Below, piece by piece: positions 19,012 through 29,018 of a stretch of 64,000 nucleotides of DNA; position 1 is the first letter of the stretch; every line of letters starts with the position of its first letter. The notes beneath the pieces were generated by a model, which did no database searches, was not told where the DNA came from, and saw only the letters and a list, made by a program, of their open reading frames with translations. The DNA is from an uncultured Chloroflexia bacterium. Lineage in GTDB: Bacteria > Chloroflexota > Limnocylindria > Limnocylindrales > CSP1-4. The stretch spans positions 256,001-320,000 of the forward strand of contig CAVYIM010000003.1 in assembly GCA_963768655.1 (NCBI GenBank), in the 5' to 3' direction. The position numbers and the translations under genes are program-made.

Positions 19012-20802
19012 ATGGATGTCCCGAGAAGCCTTGACTACCGGGTAACGCGCCGCACCTTCGCGGGGCTGTTGCGCTTGTTCGTGGTCGCGGCGTTGTGTGC
19101 GCTTTGCCTGCCCTCAGGCGCTCAGGCGAGTGGCGCCGCAACGCCTGCCACAGATGGCTCGTTGCCTGGCGGTCCCGTCGGTTCCGTCAGCGGGCAGCTG
19201 GCGATCAACTGGGCACTGTCAGGCACGGCGACCGCCGATTCATCCCCCGGCACTGCCTCCAACGCAATCAGCGGCGATGCTGCCAACCCCTGGTGCGCCG
19301 CGTGGAGTCCCTGGCCGGCTCACCTGACAGTGGACCTTGGGCGAACGCGGCAGCTGGACGGCCTGGGCATCACAGTCGACAACGCCAGTGACGGGACCCC
19401 CACCTCGGCCCGGGCCTCGATTTCGCTCGCCACCCAGGCGGGCCAGTGGCAGCCGGTCTCGGCGGCTCAGAGCATCGCCCTGGACGCCGGTGCCCCGATC
19501 TACATACCCATCCGCTCTGGCTTGACGGTGGCTGCACGCTACGCCCAGTTGACCGTCTACAGCAGTGGTGCGAATCCTGTCTGCATCGGGCAGTTCCGTC
19601 TGTTCGGGCCTGCCTCTGCATCGAGCATGGCTCTCGGCGACGATGTCTCGTTTACGTCGAATGAGCTGGCGGCGGGTGCCACCTTCACCGACAACGGGAT
19701 CCCCATGAACCCCATTAGCATCCTTGCCATCCACGGGGCGAACTGGGCCAGACTGCGCCTGTGGGTCAACCCGCCTGCTGGCTACAGCGATCTCAACACC
19801 GACCTCGGCATCGCCCGCATGATCAGGGCGGCGGGCATGAAGCTGTACCTGGACATCCACTACTCGGACTTCTGGGCCGACCCCGGCAAGCAGTGCATCC
19901 CAGCGGGGTGGCCGAACACGCTGTCGGGCCTGATCTCCAAGGTTCAGAGCTACACCCAGAACGTGATCGCCGCGTTCGCTGCTCAGGGAACCCCGGTGGA
20001 CATGGTTTCTATCGGCAACGAGGTGACCGATGGCATGCTTTGGTCCTACGACTCGGCGAGCGCTGGTGACTGGGTCGACTTCACCTGCACCAATTCGGCG
20101 ACCGGCGTCGGGGGCCTCCAGTGGAGCTCCGACACTTCGGCCACAGGGTGGGACAACTTCACGCAGCTGCTGAAGGCCGGTGTCGCGGGCGCCAAGGCTG
20201 GGAACCCTGCCCGGCACACGCTCCTCATTGCCATTCACACGGACCTGGGTGGCGGCATGACACCCTACGGTGTAGACGATACCGCGCGGTCCCAGTACTT
20301 CTATTCACAACTCCAGGCCTATGGCGTGCCTTTCGATGTCATCGGCCTCTCCTTCTATCCGATCTACCAGGGGTCCCTATCGGGCATGCGCACGACGGTG
20401 GACAACCTGGCCACGGTGTTCAACAAACCGATCATCCTCGCCGAGACGGAATACCCCTGGACGCTCGCCGACGGGAACAACCAGGGCAACTCAGTGTGGC
20501 AACCGAGCCAGCTGATCAATGGATACCCCGACAGCGCCGGTGGCCAGCTCTCGCTGGTGAACGACGAGCTGTCCATCCTCGCCGCCGTCCCGAACGGTCT
20601 CGGGATGGGGGACTTCTACTGGGAACCTGAGTGGATTCCCGGCGTTGCCTGGGCACCGGGCGGCCAGGGCAGCCCTGACACCAACCAGACCCTCTTCGAT
20701 TTCCAAGGTCGAACGCTGCCCTCCATCGGGATCTACCAGGACCCGGTGAAGGTATGCATGATGCACAGCCCCTTGGACGTCCCCTGTGTGATCGGCAGGT
20801 GA
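19012..20802 (+). CDS. Secreted GH53 endo-beta-1,4-galactanase with N-terminal discoidin-like domain
   Basis: Signal peptide; RLRLWVNP, DIHYSDFWADPGKQ, SIGNE, GLSFYP, AETEYP, YWEPEWI. Confidence 0.9.
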   Translation: MDVPRSLDYRVTRRTFAGLLRLFVVAALCALCLPSGAQASGAATPATDGSLPGGPVGSVSGQLAINWALSGTATADSSPGTASNAISGDAANPWCAAWSPWPAHLTVDLGRTRQLDGLGITVDNASDGTPTSARASISLATQAGQWQPVSAAQSIALDAGAPIYIPIRSGLTVAARYAQLTVYSSGANPVCIGQFRLFGPASASSMALGDDVSFTSNELAAGATFTDNGIPMNPISILAIHGANWARLRLWVNPPAGYSDLNTDLGIARMIRAAGMKLYLDIHYSDFWADPGKQCIPAGWPNTLSGLISKVQSYTQNVIAAFAAQGTPVDMVSIGNEVTDGMLWSYDSASAGDWVDFTCTNSATGVGGLQWSSDTSATGWDNFTQLLKAGVAGAKAGNPARHTLLIAIHTDLGGGMTPYGVDDTARSQYFYSQLQAYGVPFDVIGLSFYPIYQGSLSGMRTTVDNLATVFNKPIILAETEYPWTLADGNNQGNSVWQPSQLINGYPDSAGGQLSLVNDELSILAAVPNGLGMGDFYWEPEWIPGVAWAPGGQGSPDTNQTLFDFQGRTLPSIGIYQDPVKVCMMHSPLDVPCVIGR

Positions 20803-20830
20803 GTCCCCAGCCGTAGATGGGCGAACCGCC

Positions 20831-20859
20831 TAGGGGGCGGCCGGCCCGGCCGCCCCCTA
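20831..20859. terminator. GC-rich hairpin after the GH53 gene
   Basis: TAGGGGGCGGCCGG / CCGGCCGCCCCCTA perfect inverted repeat. Confidence 0.65.
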
Positions 20860-20958
20860 CTTGTGATCTCCACGGGCGATGGCCGTCAACCTGCGGGCAC
20901 GGGGTAGAAGTCCAGCTCGACCGTTACCAGACGCCAGGCGCCTGAGCTCCCAGCGCAC

Positions 20959-21170
20959 CATCACCCAGACGCAGTCGCCTCGATCTTGGGCTGCCTGACA
21001 TGGAGGGCGCAGAAGTCATCTCTGGCCTGCGGGGTTGGATCAGCGTGCCGATCATCGTCCTGTCCGCGCGAACGTCCGAAGCCCAGAAGGTGGTAGCGCT
21101 CGATGCCGGGGCGAACGACTACGTTACAAAGCCGTTCGGCATGGACGAGTTGATGGCTCGGCTCCGTACA
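20959..21170 (+). pseudogene. Fragment of a KdpE/OmpR-type response regulator receiver domain
   Basis: DLGLPDMEG.EVI..LR....VPIIVLSAR..E..KV.ALDAGANDYVTKPFGMDELMARLR; N-terminus and DNA-binding domain absent. Confidence 0.8.
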
Positions 21171-21561
21171 GTGTCGGTCCGACTCCTGACGCGCAGCCGA
21201 TCCCATTCGAACTGGCACAGCTGATCGGCTTAGGGAGCATATCGCCGCTGGCGTGCCACCGCCTCACGACTCTGGGTTCGCTCGCGAGCATTCCGATAGT
21301 CCGCGCAGTGGCGCTGAACCGGGGACTGACGCGGGACGATCTGATGGCATGAGGCGCATTCGAGGAGTTCGGCTGTCAGCCATTCGTGTCAGCGGGTGGG
21401 GCGGGGGAGCGCCACATCAGTCGCGGGGCGGGCGGAACTTAGTAGGCGCCCGGGCCCCGCCAAAGAAGCCGAACAGTCCGTGCCGCCCGTACGACGAGCC
21501 CACCTCTGAACTGCGCGCGAGGCACAGGCCAGGGCCACCGACCGACGGATGTGCTGCCAGC

Positions 21562-21690
21562 CTCACCCCCGACGAGATCGCGCTGGTGCTCATCACGCAT
21601 GCCCATGCCGACCACATCGGCGGGCTCACGGCGGTGCGCGACGGCGTCCGCGTCCCCCGCTACCCGAACGCCCGCCACGTCATCCTTCAT
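21562..21690 (+). pseudogene. Fragment of an MBL-fold metallo-hydrolase
   Basis: LTPDEIALVLITHAHADHIGGL...PRYPNARHVI (HxHxDH) with no flanking coding context. Confidence 0.7.
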
Positions 21691-21796
21691 CGGGCCGGGG
21701 TGTCAATGTCGCTACTACGAGACGAAGGCGTTTCAGCGGGCCAGGGAGTCTGCTACGGTTGCCGCGCCAGGTCGCTACGCGCTCGAGGGCACCGGA

Positions 21797-22711
21797 ATGA
21801 GTACTTCGATCTCTGCCCCTTCACCATTCGGCGCGATGAATGGGCACAGGGCAGACAACCACCCACTTCGCACGCTTCGAGTCGAGGAGCTTGTAGAGCC
21901 AAGCTCCGGAGCCGTATCGGGCCAGATCGTTCTCGACGGTCCCGTTCTAGTCGGGGATCAGATCACCGGTCGGATACACTTCACCGCCCTCCGTGAAGTC
22001 AACGCCCGAAGCGCGAGCCTCCGTCTCGTCGGGCTGCGGCTGGACGAGCGGACCAGAAGGGACGGCGTCTGGATCGAGAGGTCTCTCTTCGACGAGGAAT
22101 TGTTCCCAGGTTTGTCGATCCCGACCAGCCTCCAACCAGGCGCTACCTGGGAGGCGCCATTCCACATCCCAGCGCCGCCGCAAGGACCGCCGGCCGTCCA
22201 TCTGGGTGTGTCGATCATTGCCTGGGCGGTCGAGGTTCGATGGGACATTGCGGGGGCTTCAGATCACTGGCTGGCTACCGACCTGCCTCTTGCTCAGAAC
22301 CCAGACCTCGTCCGCGCCGGCATCGGCGAACAGGGCGGTCTTGGTCTCGTGGCGGGTGTCCCCGTCGAGGACGCGACGATCAACGTGAACTCGATTCTCC
22401 CGGCGCTCGTCGGGCAGGAAGTGGAGATCTCGGCCTCGTGGCCGTCGGCCCCATCTGGGCAGGGGGCCCGGATCGAGATCCAGCAGTCGGCCAACCTCCC
22501 CGACAGGGTGGGTCGTCTGACCGTCGCGTCGGCCATCGTCGATCCCAAGCTGCTCGCGAGCGGCGCTGCCGAGGCACGGCTGCTCATCCCAGCCGGGTCG
22601 GCGCCAACGTTCGAGGGTGCCGGAATTGAGTGCGTCTACTTCGTTCATGTCCTGATCGATCGCCACCTACGATCCGACGTTTCGATCGAGCGCCCGATAG
22701 CGGTCATCTAG
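21797..22711 (+). CDS. Hypothetical protein (arrestin/SpoOM-like beta-sandwich)
   Basis: Long ORF with VGDQITGRI...ARSASLRLVG...WAVEVRWD...DV..ERPIAVI; fold is a guess. Confidence 0.65.
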   Translation: MSTSISAPSPFGAMNGHRADNHPLRTLRVEELVEPSSGAVSGQIVLDGPVLVGDQITGRIHFTALREVNARSASLRLVGLRLDERTRRDGVWIERSLFDEELFPGLSIPTSLQPGATWEAPFHIPAPPQGPPAVHLGVSIIAWAVEVRWDIAGASDHWLATDLPLAQNPDLVRAGIGEQGGLGLVAGVPVEDATINVNSILPALVGQEVEISASWPSAPSGQGARIEIQQSANLPDRVGRLTVASAIVDPKLLASGAAEARLLIPAGSAPTFEGAGIECVYFVHVLIDRHLRSDVSIERPIAVI

Positions 22712-22782
22712 ACTCGACCGCGGGCGAGCGGGGGAGAACCTCCGATCGGAGATTCCGGATCGCGGTGTGAGGTTGACTGCGG

Positions 22783-23701
22783 ATGACCCACTCGTCCGAG
22801 AACGGGCTGCAGCACATCCCAACCGCTGACGGCGGGACCATCGAGATCCTATTGCTGCCGCCGCAAGCCGGGTGGACTCTCATCTACCAGGGGGCACTCC
22901 GGCCGCTCCGGTCCTGTTCGGGCCGCTGGAGGCCGCCGCGGCCGCGCGGGGGATGCGCCTGGTCCAGTACGCTCGACCCGGCTATGGAGGTTCCTCGCGC
23001 CGGGCTGGCCGGCGAGTCGCCGATGCCGCGGAAGACGTTGCTGTCATCGACGTTGCTGTCATCCTGGACACTCTTGGTGTGGAGCGCTGTCTGACCCTGT
23101 GCTGGTCGGGCGGCGGGCCCCATGCTTTTGCCTGCGCGGCGCTTCTCCCCGAACGTGTGGCGGCGGCCGGGACGATCGCCAGCCCCGCCCCCTACCACTC
23201 CGAGAATCTCGACTTCTTCGCGGGCATGAGTGCTGACAACGTCGAGGAGTTCGAGGCGGCGATCGCGGGCCCCGCGCAGTTACGAACCTTTCTCGAGGCT
23301 CAGGCGCCGAGCTTTGGCTCGATCACAGCCGAGCAGGTAGCGTCCGGGCTCTGGGTTCTCGCGTCGGAGGAAGATCGGAAGGCTCTGACCGGGGAGTTCG
23401 CCGAGCACGTCGCGCAAGCCTTCCGCCGGGCACTTTCGGGCGGGATCTGGGCTGGTACGACGACGACCTCGAGCTCGTGCAGGATTGGGGGTTCGATCTC
23501 GCTTCCATCCGGCTGCCCGTGACGGTCTGGCAGGGCGAGCACGATCGGATGGTGTCAATCGCCCACGGCCGATGGCTGGTGGGCCATGTGCCGGGCGTTC
23601 GCTCGCGACTCCTCCCTGATCACGGCCACCTGTCCCTGGTGGCAGCCTCGCTCGACCGGATCCGCGACGACCTGCTCGAGCGCGCCGGCCGCAAGAGTTA
23701 G
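22783..23701 (+). pseudogene. Alpha/beta hydrolase split by two frameshifts
   Basis: Pieces in three frames: TADGGTIE; GTP...YARPGYGGS...WSGGGPHA; DWGFDLASIRLPVTVWQGEHDRMV...HGHLS. Confidence 0.85.
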
Positions 23702-23850
23702 TCAATTGGGAACGGCGGTCGGGGAGTCGCAGCGCCATGCGGGGATCGTCACCAGCCGCGCCGCTCGATACACTGCCTCTCGTCAGGGGTCGGGGTGCTC
23801 CGGCCCGGAATAGGGTCGGCGCTCATGCGAGGCGCCGGAGGGAGCCGGAA

Positions 23851-24564
23851 ATGGAGATCCGTTCTCGAGCCTGTCGTATCGGTCTCGGGCTTCGCATCGG
23901 ACCTTCCCATTCCGGCCGCCAGCTTAGATCTCGGGCGAGTTTCTTCGGCCTGGCGGTCCTGCTCGTCGCCCTCGCGCTGGCGGCCTGTTCGGCCTCCACA
24001 GCCACGCCAACGCTGCCACCCTCGCCGTCACCAAGCCCGACCGGTCTGATCATCGTCCCCGGCTCGGTGGCACCGACGGCGACCGAGATGTCGACTGAGA
24101 GCCCGACCCCTACATCGACCTCGCCCCGGCCGACGGCCGTCGAGACGGGCGCGCCGGGGCAGACGGCGGCCCCGACAGTCAACGTAACGTGTCCGTCCGC
24201 GGCCGCGGCCGCGGTCGGGATGGCGCTGGATCTGCTGGCCGAGCAGGCCCCGACCGGCCCGACGATCAGTTCCACCCAGGTGGGCACGGAGTCCATGACC
24301 ACCTGTAACTACTCCGGCACGTTCAGGACCATGGTCTCTTTCGCGACATTCGGCTCGCCGGCCGACATGGCCGCCGCCGAGGCTGGAGCAGCGGCCATGC
24401 AGGGCTCGACTGCGGTGACGGGTCTTGGCGAACAGGCTTACTACGTCCCCGATGCGGGGCTGGACGTCTTTGTCTACCCGCTCTCGCTCATCCAGATCAG
24501 CTGCTCGAATAGCGTCAGCGCGGACCAGCTCGAAGCGTTGGCGCGCGCGGTGCTCGGGGGATGA
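23851..24564 (+). CDS. Putative lipoprotein
   Basis: LALAAC lipobox, Pro/Thr linker, C-terminal VTGLGEQAYY; start uncertain. Confidence 0.7.
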   Translation: MEIRSRACRIGLGLRIGPSHSGRQLRSRASFFGLAVLLVALALAACSASTATPTLPPSPSPSPTGLIIVPGSVAPTATEMSTESPTPTSTSPRPTAVETGAPGQTAAPTVNVTCPSAAAAAVGMALDLLAEQAPTGPTISSTQVGTESMTTCNYSGTFRTMVSFATFGSPADMAAAEAGAAAMQGSTAVTGLGEQAYYVPDAGLDVFVYPLSLIQISCSNSVSADQLEALARAVLGG

Positions 24565-24671
24565 CCCGATCGGCTCGCATGCCGACTACGCACGCATAGC
24601 GTTCGCGTCGCCGGCCCTCATTCCACCGCGCCCAGTCGGTAAACTCAGGACGATAGGGTGGAACCTGGACC

Positions 24672-24730
24672 AGGAGGTCAGGGCGGCGACGCCGGCGCAG
24701 TTCGTGGCCAAGTGGCAGGGCAAAACGTTG
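24672..24730 (+). pseudogene. Possible 5' remnant of an MmeI-like restriction-modification gene
   Basis: AGGAGG then TPAQFVAKWQGKTL, resembling the MTPxxFxxKW N-terminus of that family; very short. Confidence 0.35.
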
Positions 24731-25083
24731 CCGCGGTTAGCACGCGCACGGCCATCGGCACGCGCTGCCTGCTAACGCTCACCGCCGTCCAATTGCCTTT
24801 CGCGTTGCCGCAAGCCGGGGCGTCATAGGTACCCTTCATACCGCAGCCAGAGATCCTTCTCGAACGCGCCCTGCCGGTGACGGTCGACTTCCTCTCATCG
24901 CCAGCCTGGCGAGTCGAAACACGATGACCTGAGTGTCCGGTGGCCCCGGTCCCGGATCGTGAGCCGAGGCAGCCTCTCGATTGACAGGCTCGGTGGCGGC
25001 GTCGAGATTACCCACAGGTCAGCCGGATACCGAGACGGCGTAGCAGATCTCCCTCTGCCCGGACGACCCAAGAGGTCAGTCCC

Positions 25084-28000
25084 GTGGCCCAGCCTTCCGT
25101 GACGACCAATCCGTCACCCGCCGACGATCGCTCAGCCGGGATCCCCGTCTCGCCGGCAGCACGACCGCGCCGTCGGCCGCGCCGCCGCTGGCTAGTGGCA
25201 CTACTCGGTCTGGTTGTGATCGTTGGTATCGCGTCCGTCGGGCTGGTGCAGTTCCTGTCACCCGCGCCCACGACCACGATCTGGCAGGCCATCACGGCGG
25301 GCATCTCCGACGGGGCCGTTCCCAAGCAGACCGCTCTGGAGGCGTTCGCCTATCTGTACGACGTCGCTATCCCCGACGTGACCGTCCCAGCGGGCATCGA
25401 GGGCGGCGACGAGCCGACTGACGGCAGCGGCGCCGTGAACTGGGTCCGCGCCGACTGGGATCAGTTGACATCCGCCCAGCAGGCAGTGATCGACCCCTTC
25501 CTGGTAGCGGGGCCCAACGACCAGGCGATCCCGATAAGCTCGGTCGCCGCGGCCGGTAGCCCAGTAGCGGCGGCGAGTCCGGCATTCCAGCTGGATGTCG
25601 CGCGAAATGTCCGTCCGATCGATGTCGCCGAACTTCCCGACGCGCCTGCAGCCATAACGACTGCGCTGGAGAACGAGTTGCAGGCCGACATCGTCCACAT
25701 TGGTCCCAGGCTCGGCATGCCCGTGCTGACGGAGGGAAATCCGCTCTTCCCGAACATCGAGTTGATCATGAGCGACAGCAGCGGTGGCAAGACGCTCATG
25801 CAAACCACCGCGGTCGAGAACGCACTCCACTACGAGCCGTGTGAAGTGACGGTCTACAAGAACGCCTGGTCGGGCGCGACCAGCGTGACGCCCACTCTCC
25901 ATGTCTTGATGACCCACGAGGTCGTTCACTGCTATCAGAACGTGGTCTGGGGGAGCGTCGCCACGAGCCTGGCCATTCCGCCCTGGATCGTCGAAGGGAC
26001 CGCGTTGTACCTCGCGGCCGACGACACCAAGGTACAAGAGCCGATGATCCCGTCGATGTGGGAGAAGGGTTACTTCATCCCCGAGACGGCGCTGACCAAC
26101 CGCTCATACGACGCCTTCGGGTACTACTCGCTTCTCGCCCACGAGGGGCGCGACCTGTGGAGCCTTATGCTGCCGGCCTGGCAGGCGGCGGCCAAGAGCG
26201 CGACGCGCTCGGATGCCTTCATAGCCGTGCTGAATGGGGACGCCGTCGATATCCGCGACAACTGGGCCGAATCGTACGTGCGCAAGACGTCCTGGGGCGA
26301 CCCCTGGATCGCCTACGGATTCGGTCTGCCTGCAGCGGCTCAGGTAGTCGAGCACATCGCCCAGGCACAACCGGCGCCGGGCTGGACCGGCTCCCTGGCG
26401 AGCAGATCGAACACTGTGCTCAACGTGGACTCCACCGCCGGCGAGGTGGTGATCGTCTCGACCGACGGCCTGGCCAGCGTCCACGACGACGCCGGACACA
26501 TGGACGTGGCATTCCAGAGTCAGCGGTTCTGCACCGTTTCCAGCTGCGTCTGCCCGAAGGGGACGAAGCTGGCGGGACAGGACATGGCATCGGAGCCGAT
26601 GACCATCTCGTTCGTAGCCGCCTTCAACGCTCCGGAAGGCGGCTCCAAGTACAGCATCGTCTCGGAGACGCTCGCCGAGCTGTGCGGGCAGGCCTCGCCG
26701 CCTCCGACGCTCCCGGCGACGCTCCCGGGCAGCCCCTCCCCGGGGCCGTGCACCACCGGCTGCTCCGACTCCAACGGCGACCCCCACATGCTGACCGTCA
26801 ACAACGTCGCCTACGACTTCCAGGCTGCAGGTGAGTTCACGCTGCTGCGTTCTGCCGACGGCAGCGTCGACATCCAGGCCCGCCAGGAGCCCTTCGGCGA
26901 TGGAGGCGACGTATCGACCAACACCGCGATCGCCGCGAAGGTGGGCAGTCATCGCGTGGGCGTGTACCTGATGCCCGACTCGAGCCTCCAGGCACATGTT
27001 GATGGCCAGGTCGTCGATCTGAGTTCGGGGCCACTGGACCTCGGCGGCGGTGCGAGCATCTCCAACTACAGCGACGCATCCACCAACGGCTTCGAGGTCG
27101 TCTTCCCCGACGGCACGAAGATGTGGGCTCTGTCGGTAGCCGAGTGGGGTATCAACGCCGAGATCCTGCCCTCGGCGAGTCTCAAGGCAGACGGCACTGG
27201 GCTGCTCGGCCCCGCGGTCGCGGGCGGCCTCGGTGTGCCCGCTCTGCCCGATGGAACGGCATTGCCGTCGCCGACGGACGACCAGCAGGAGTACGACTTC
27301 CTGTACGGCCAATTCGCCGACGCCTGGCGTGTCACGGACGCGACCACGCTGTTCGACTACGACCCGGGGAAGTCCACAGCGTCCTACACCATCAAGCCTT
27401 ACCCGGCCGCCGGCAAAATGATCACCCTGGCGGACCTGACGCCGGCACAGCGCGCCGCCGGGGAGGCCGCATGCCAGGGCATCACCAACCCGGTTCTGCA
27501 CGACGACTGCGTCCTCGACGTGGGCGTCACCGGCGACGCCGGCTTCGCGGATACGTACGCCTCCGTCCAGGCGTTCGACGAGGCCGGTCTTGCGCCGGTG
27601 AGCTTCCCGTCGCCATCGATCTCGTCCGCGACGGCGCCGCCGGCGGTCGTCAGTGGCGCGGTCACGGTGACCAAGGGCACGGCCGTCAGCGGCTACGCGG
27701 TCGGCCCTGACGACACCGTCTACATGTCGGTCCAGACAGGCGACAACGCGTATAGCCTGATCTCGTTCGACCCCAAGGCGGGAAAGATCATCGCGCAGGT
27801 CTCCGTGCCGGCCGCCACGGAGGTTCACTACGCCGCGGGCTCGCTCTGGCTGCCCGGACTCGAGACGGACTCCAGCCTCAGCAACTGCAGCGTCACTCGC
27901 TTCGACCCGGCCACGTTAGCGGAGCAGGCGACGATACCGATCCCGTGCGCCGACGTCCTCGGACCGATCATCGCCAGCGACGGCAGCTCCATCTGGTTCG

Positions 28001-28608
28001 AGGACAACACCAACTACGACTCCACCACGGGCAAGGGCGCGGTGGCCACCCGCATCGATCCGGTGACCGACAGGCCCGCGAACAGCGTTCCCATGCCATC
28101 CTCAGGCGGCTATCTGATCGACTCGCAGGGCGCGATCTTCTACACGGACCCGGACACTAACAACTACTACGTGCTTACCACCGGCTCGACCACCTCGGCC
28201 GCCTTCGAGCTCATCGGCAACTTCCCGAATGTGGCTGTGGCATCCGGAGCCGGCCTATGGACCCAGAGTGCCCAGGGGAAGCCGGCCGAATACTTTACTC
28301 ATGCCGGCAGTCCCGATCAGACGCTGCCGATCCGGGGAACGTTGGTCGGCGGGGACGCGTCGGCAGCGTACGCGGAGGCCGAAGTGACCTCGCCCGGCGG
28401 CGGCACGCAGCCGGCTCTACTGCGGTACGGGATCGACGGCTCCGCGGCGACGAGGATCGCATTGCCGCCCAAGGTCGGGGGGACCTCGCAGTCGTACCTC
28501 GACGATCTACCTCCCGACGTCACCAGCGACGGTTTCGTCAAGATATGGGCTATCCAACGCGACAGCCCGCGGGCCTCGATCCTGCTGCAGTGGGCGCCGC
28601 TGCCCTAG
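25084..28608 (+). CDS. Large membrane-anchored protein: HExxH metallopeptidase-like region, VWD domain, beta-rich C-terminus
   Basis: N-terminal TM; THEVVHCYQ...WIVEGTA; GDPHMLT....YDFQAAGEFTL (VWD start); C...CVLDV.VTGD. Confidence 0.85.
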   Translation: MAQPSVTTNPSPADDRSAGIPVSPAARPRRRPRRRWLVALLGLVVIVGIASVGLVQFLSPAPTTTIWQAITAGISDGAVPKQTALEAFAYLYDVAIPDVTVPAGIEGGDEPTDGSGAVNWVRADWDQLTSAQQAVIDPFLVAGPNDQAIPISSVAAAGSPVAAASPAFQLDVARNVRPIDVAELPDAPAAITTALENELQADIVHIGPRLGMPVLTEGNPLFPNIELIMSDSSGGKTLMQTTAVENALHYEPCEVTVYKNAWSGATSVTPTLHVLMTHEVVHCYQNVVWGSVATSLAIPPWIVEGTALYLAADDTKVQEPMIPSMWEKGYFIPETALTNRSYDAFGYYSLLAHEGRDLWSLMLPAWQAAAKSATRSDAFIAVLNGDAVDIRDNWAESYVRKTSWGDPWIAYGFGLPAAAQVVEHIAQAQPAPGWTGSLASRSNTVLNVDSTAGEVVIVSTDGLASVHDDAGHMDVAFQSQRFCTVSSCVCPKGTKLAGQDMASEPMTISFVAAFNAPEGGSKYSIVSETLAELCGQASPPPTLPATLPGSPSPGPCTTGCSDSNGDPHMLTVNNVAYDFQAAGEFTLLRSADGSVDIQARQEPFGDGGDVSTNTAIAAKVGSHRVGVYLMPDSSLQAHVDGQVVDLSSGPLDLGGGASISNYSDASTNGFEVVFPDGTKMWALSVAEWGINAEILPSASLKADGTGLLGPAVAGGLGVPALPDGTALPSPTDDQQEYDFLYGQFADAWRVTDATTLFDYDPGKSTASYTIKPYPAAGKMITLADLTPAQRAAGEAACQGITNPVLHDDCVLDVGVTGDAGFADTYASVQAFDEAGLAPVSFPSPSISSATAPPAVVSGAVTVTKGTAVSGYAVGPDDTVYMSVQTGDNAYSLISFDPKAGKIIAQVSVPAATEVHYAAGSLWLPGLETDSSLSNCSVTRFDPATLAEQATIPIPCADVLGPIIASDGSSIWFEDNTNYDSTTGKGAVATRIDPVTDRPANSVPMPSSGGYLIDSQGAIFYTDPDTNNYYVLTTGSTTSAAFELIGNFPNVAVASGAGLWTQSAQGKPAEYFTHAGSPDQTLPIRGTLVGGDASAAYAEAEVTSPGGGTQPALLRYGIDGSAATRIALPPKVGGTSQSYLDDLPPDVTSDGFVKIWAIQRDSPRASILLQWAPLP

Positions 28609-29018
28609 CGCTTTCAGTCTGCGGCCACGTCCCACCGCAGGCGACCGCCCGGCGGCCGGCACCATGCGCGGATCGTGGCGACCGAAGCTGTGTCGCCACG
28701 ACCAGGTAGATCAGCAGCTTTAGCGGTTCTCGCCATACCCCCTTGGCCCACAGTCGATCGAGGCCAACCAAGGCTCGCTCCAGCGATTCCATATCCAGGT
28801 CGTTGAACCAGCGCGAGATCTCGGCCGCCAGGTCGACCAGAACCTCCGACCTTGCCGCGTTGACTCTGCCGACGACATCGGCGACATCCGGAGCACCGTG
28901 AACAGGTCATGGCGCCGGTCGAGGTGGACTATTCTGCCGGCAGCGTGGCCGTGCCCGGGCCGCTGCGGGCGGTGCCGCGACGAGGCCGAAGTGACCGGCG
29001 TCGCACCCGGAGGATGAG

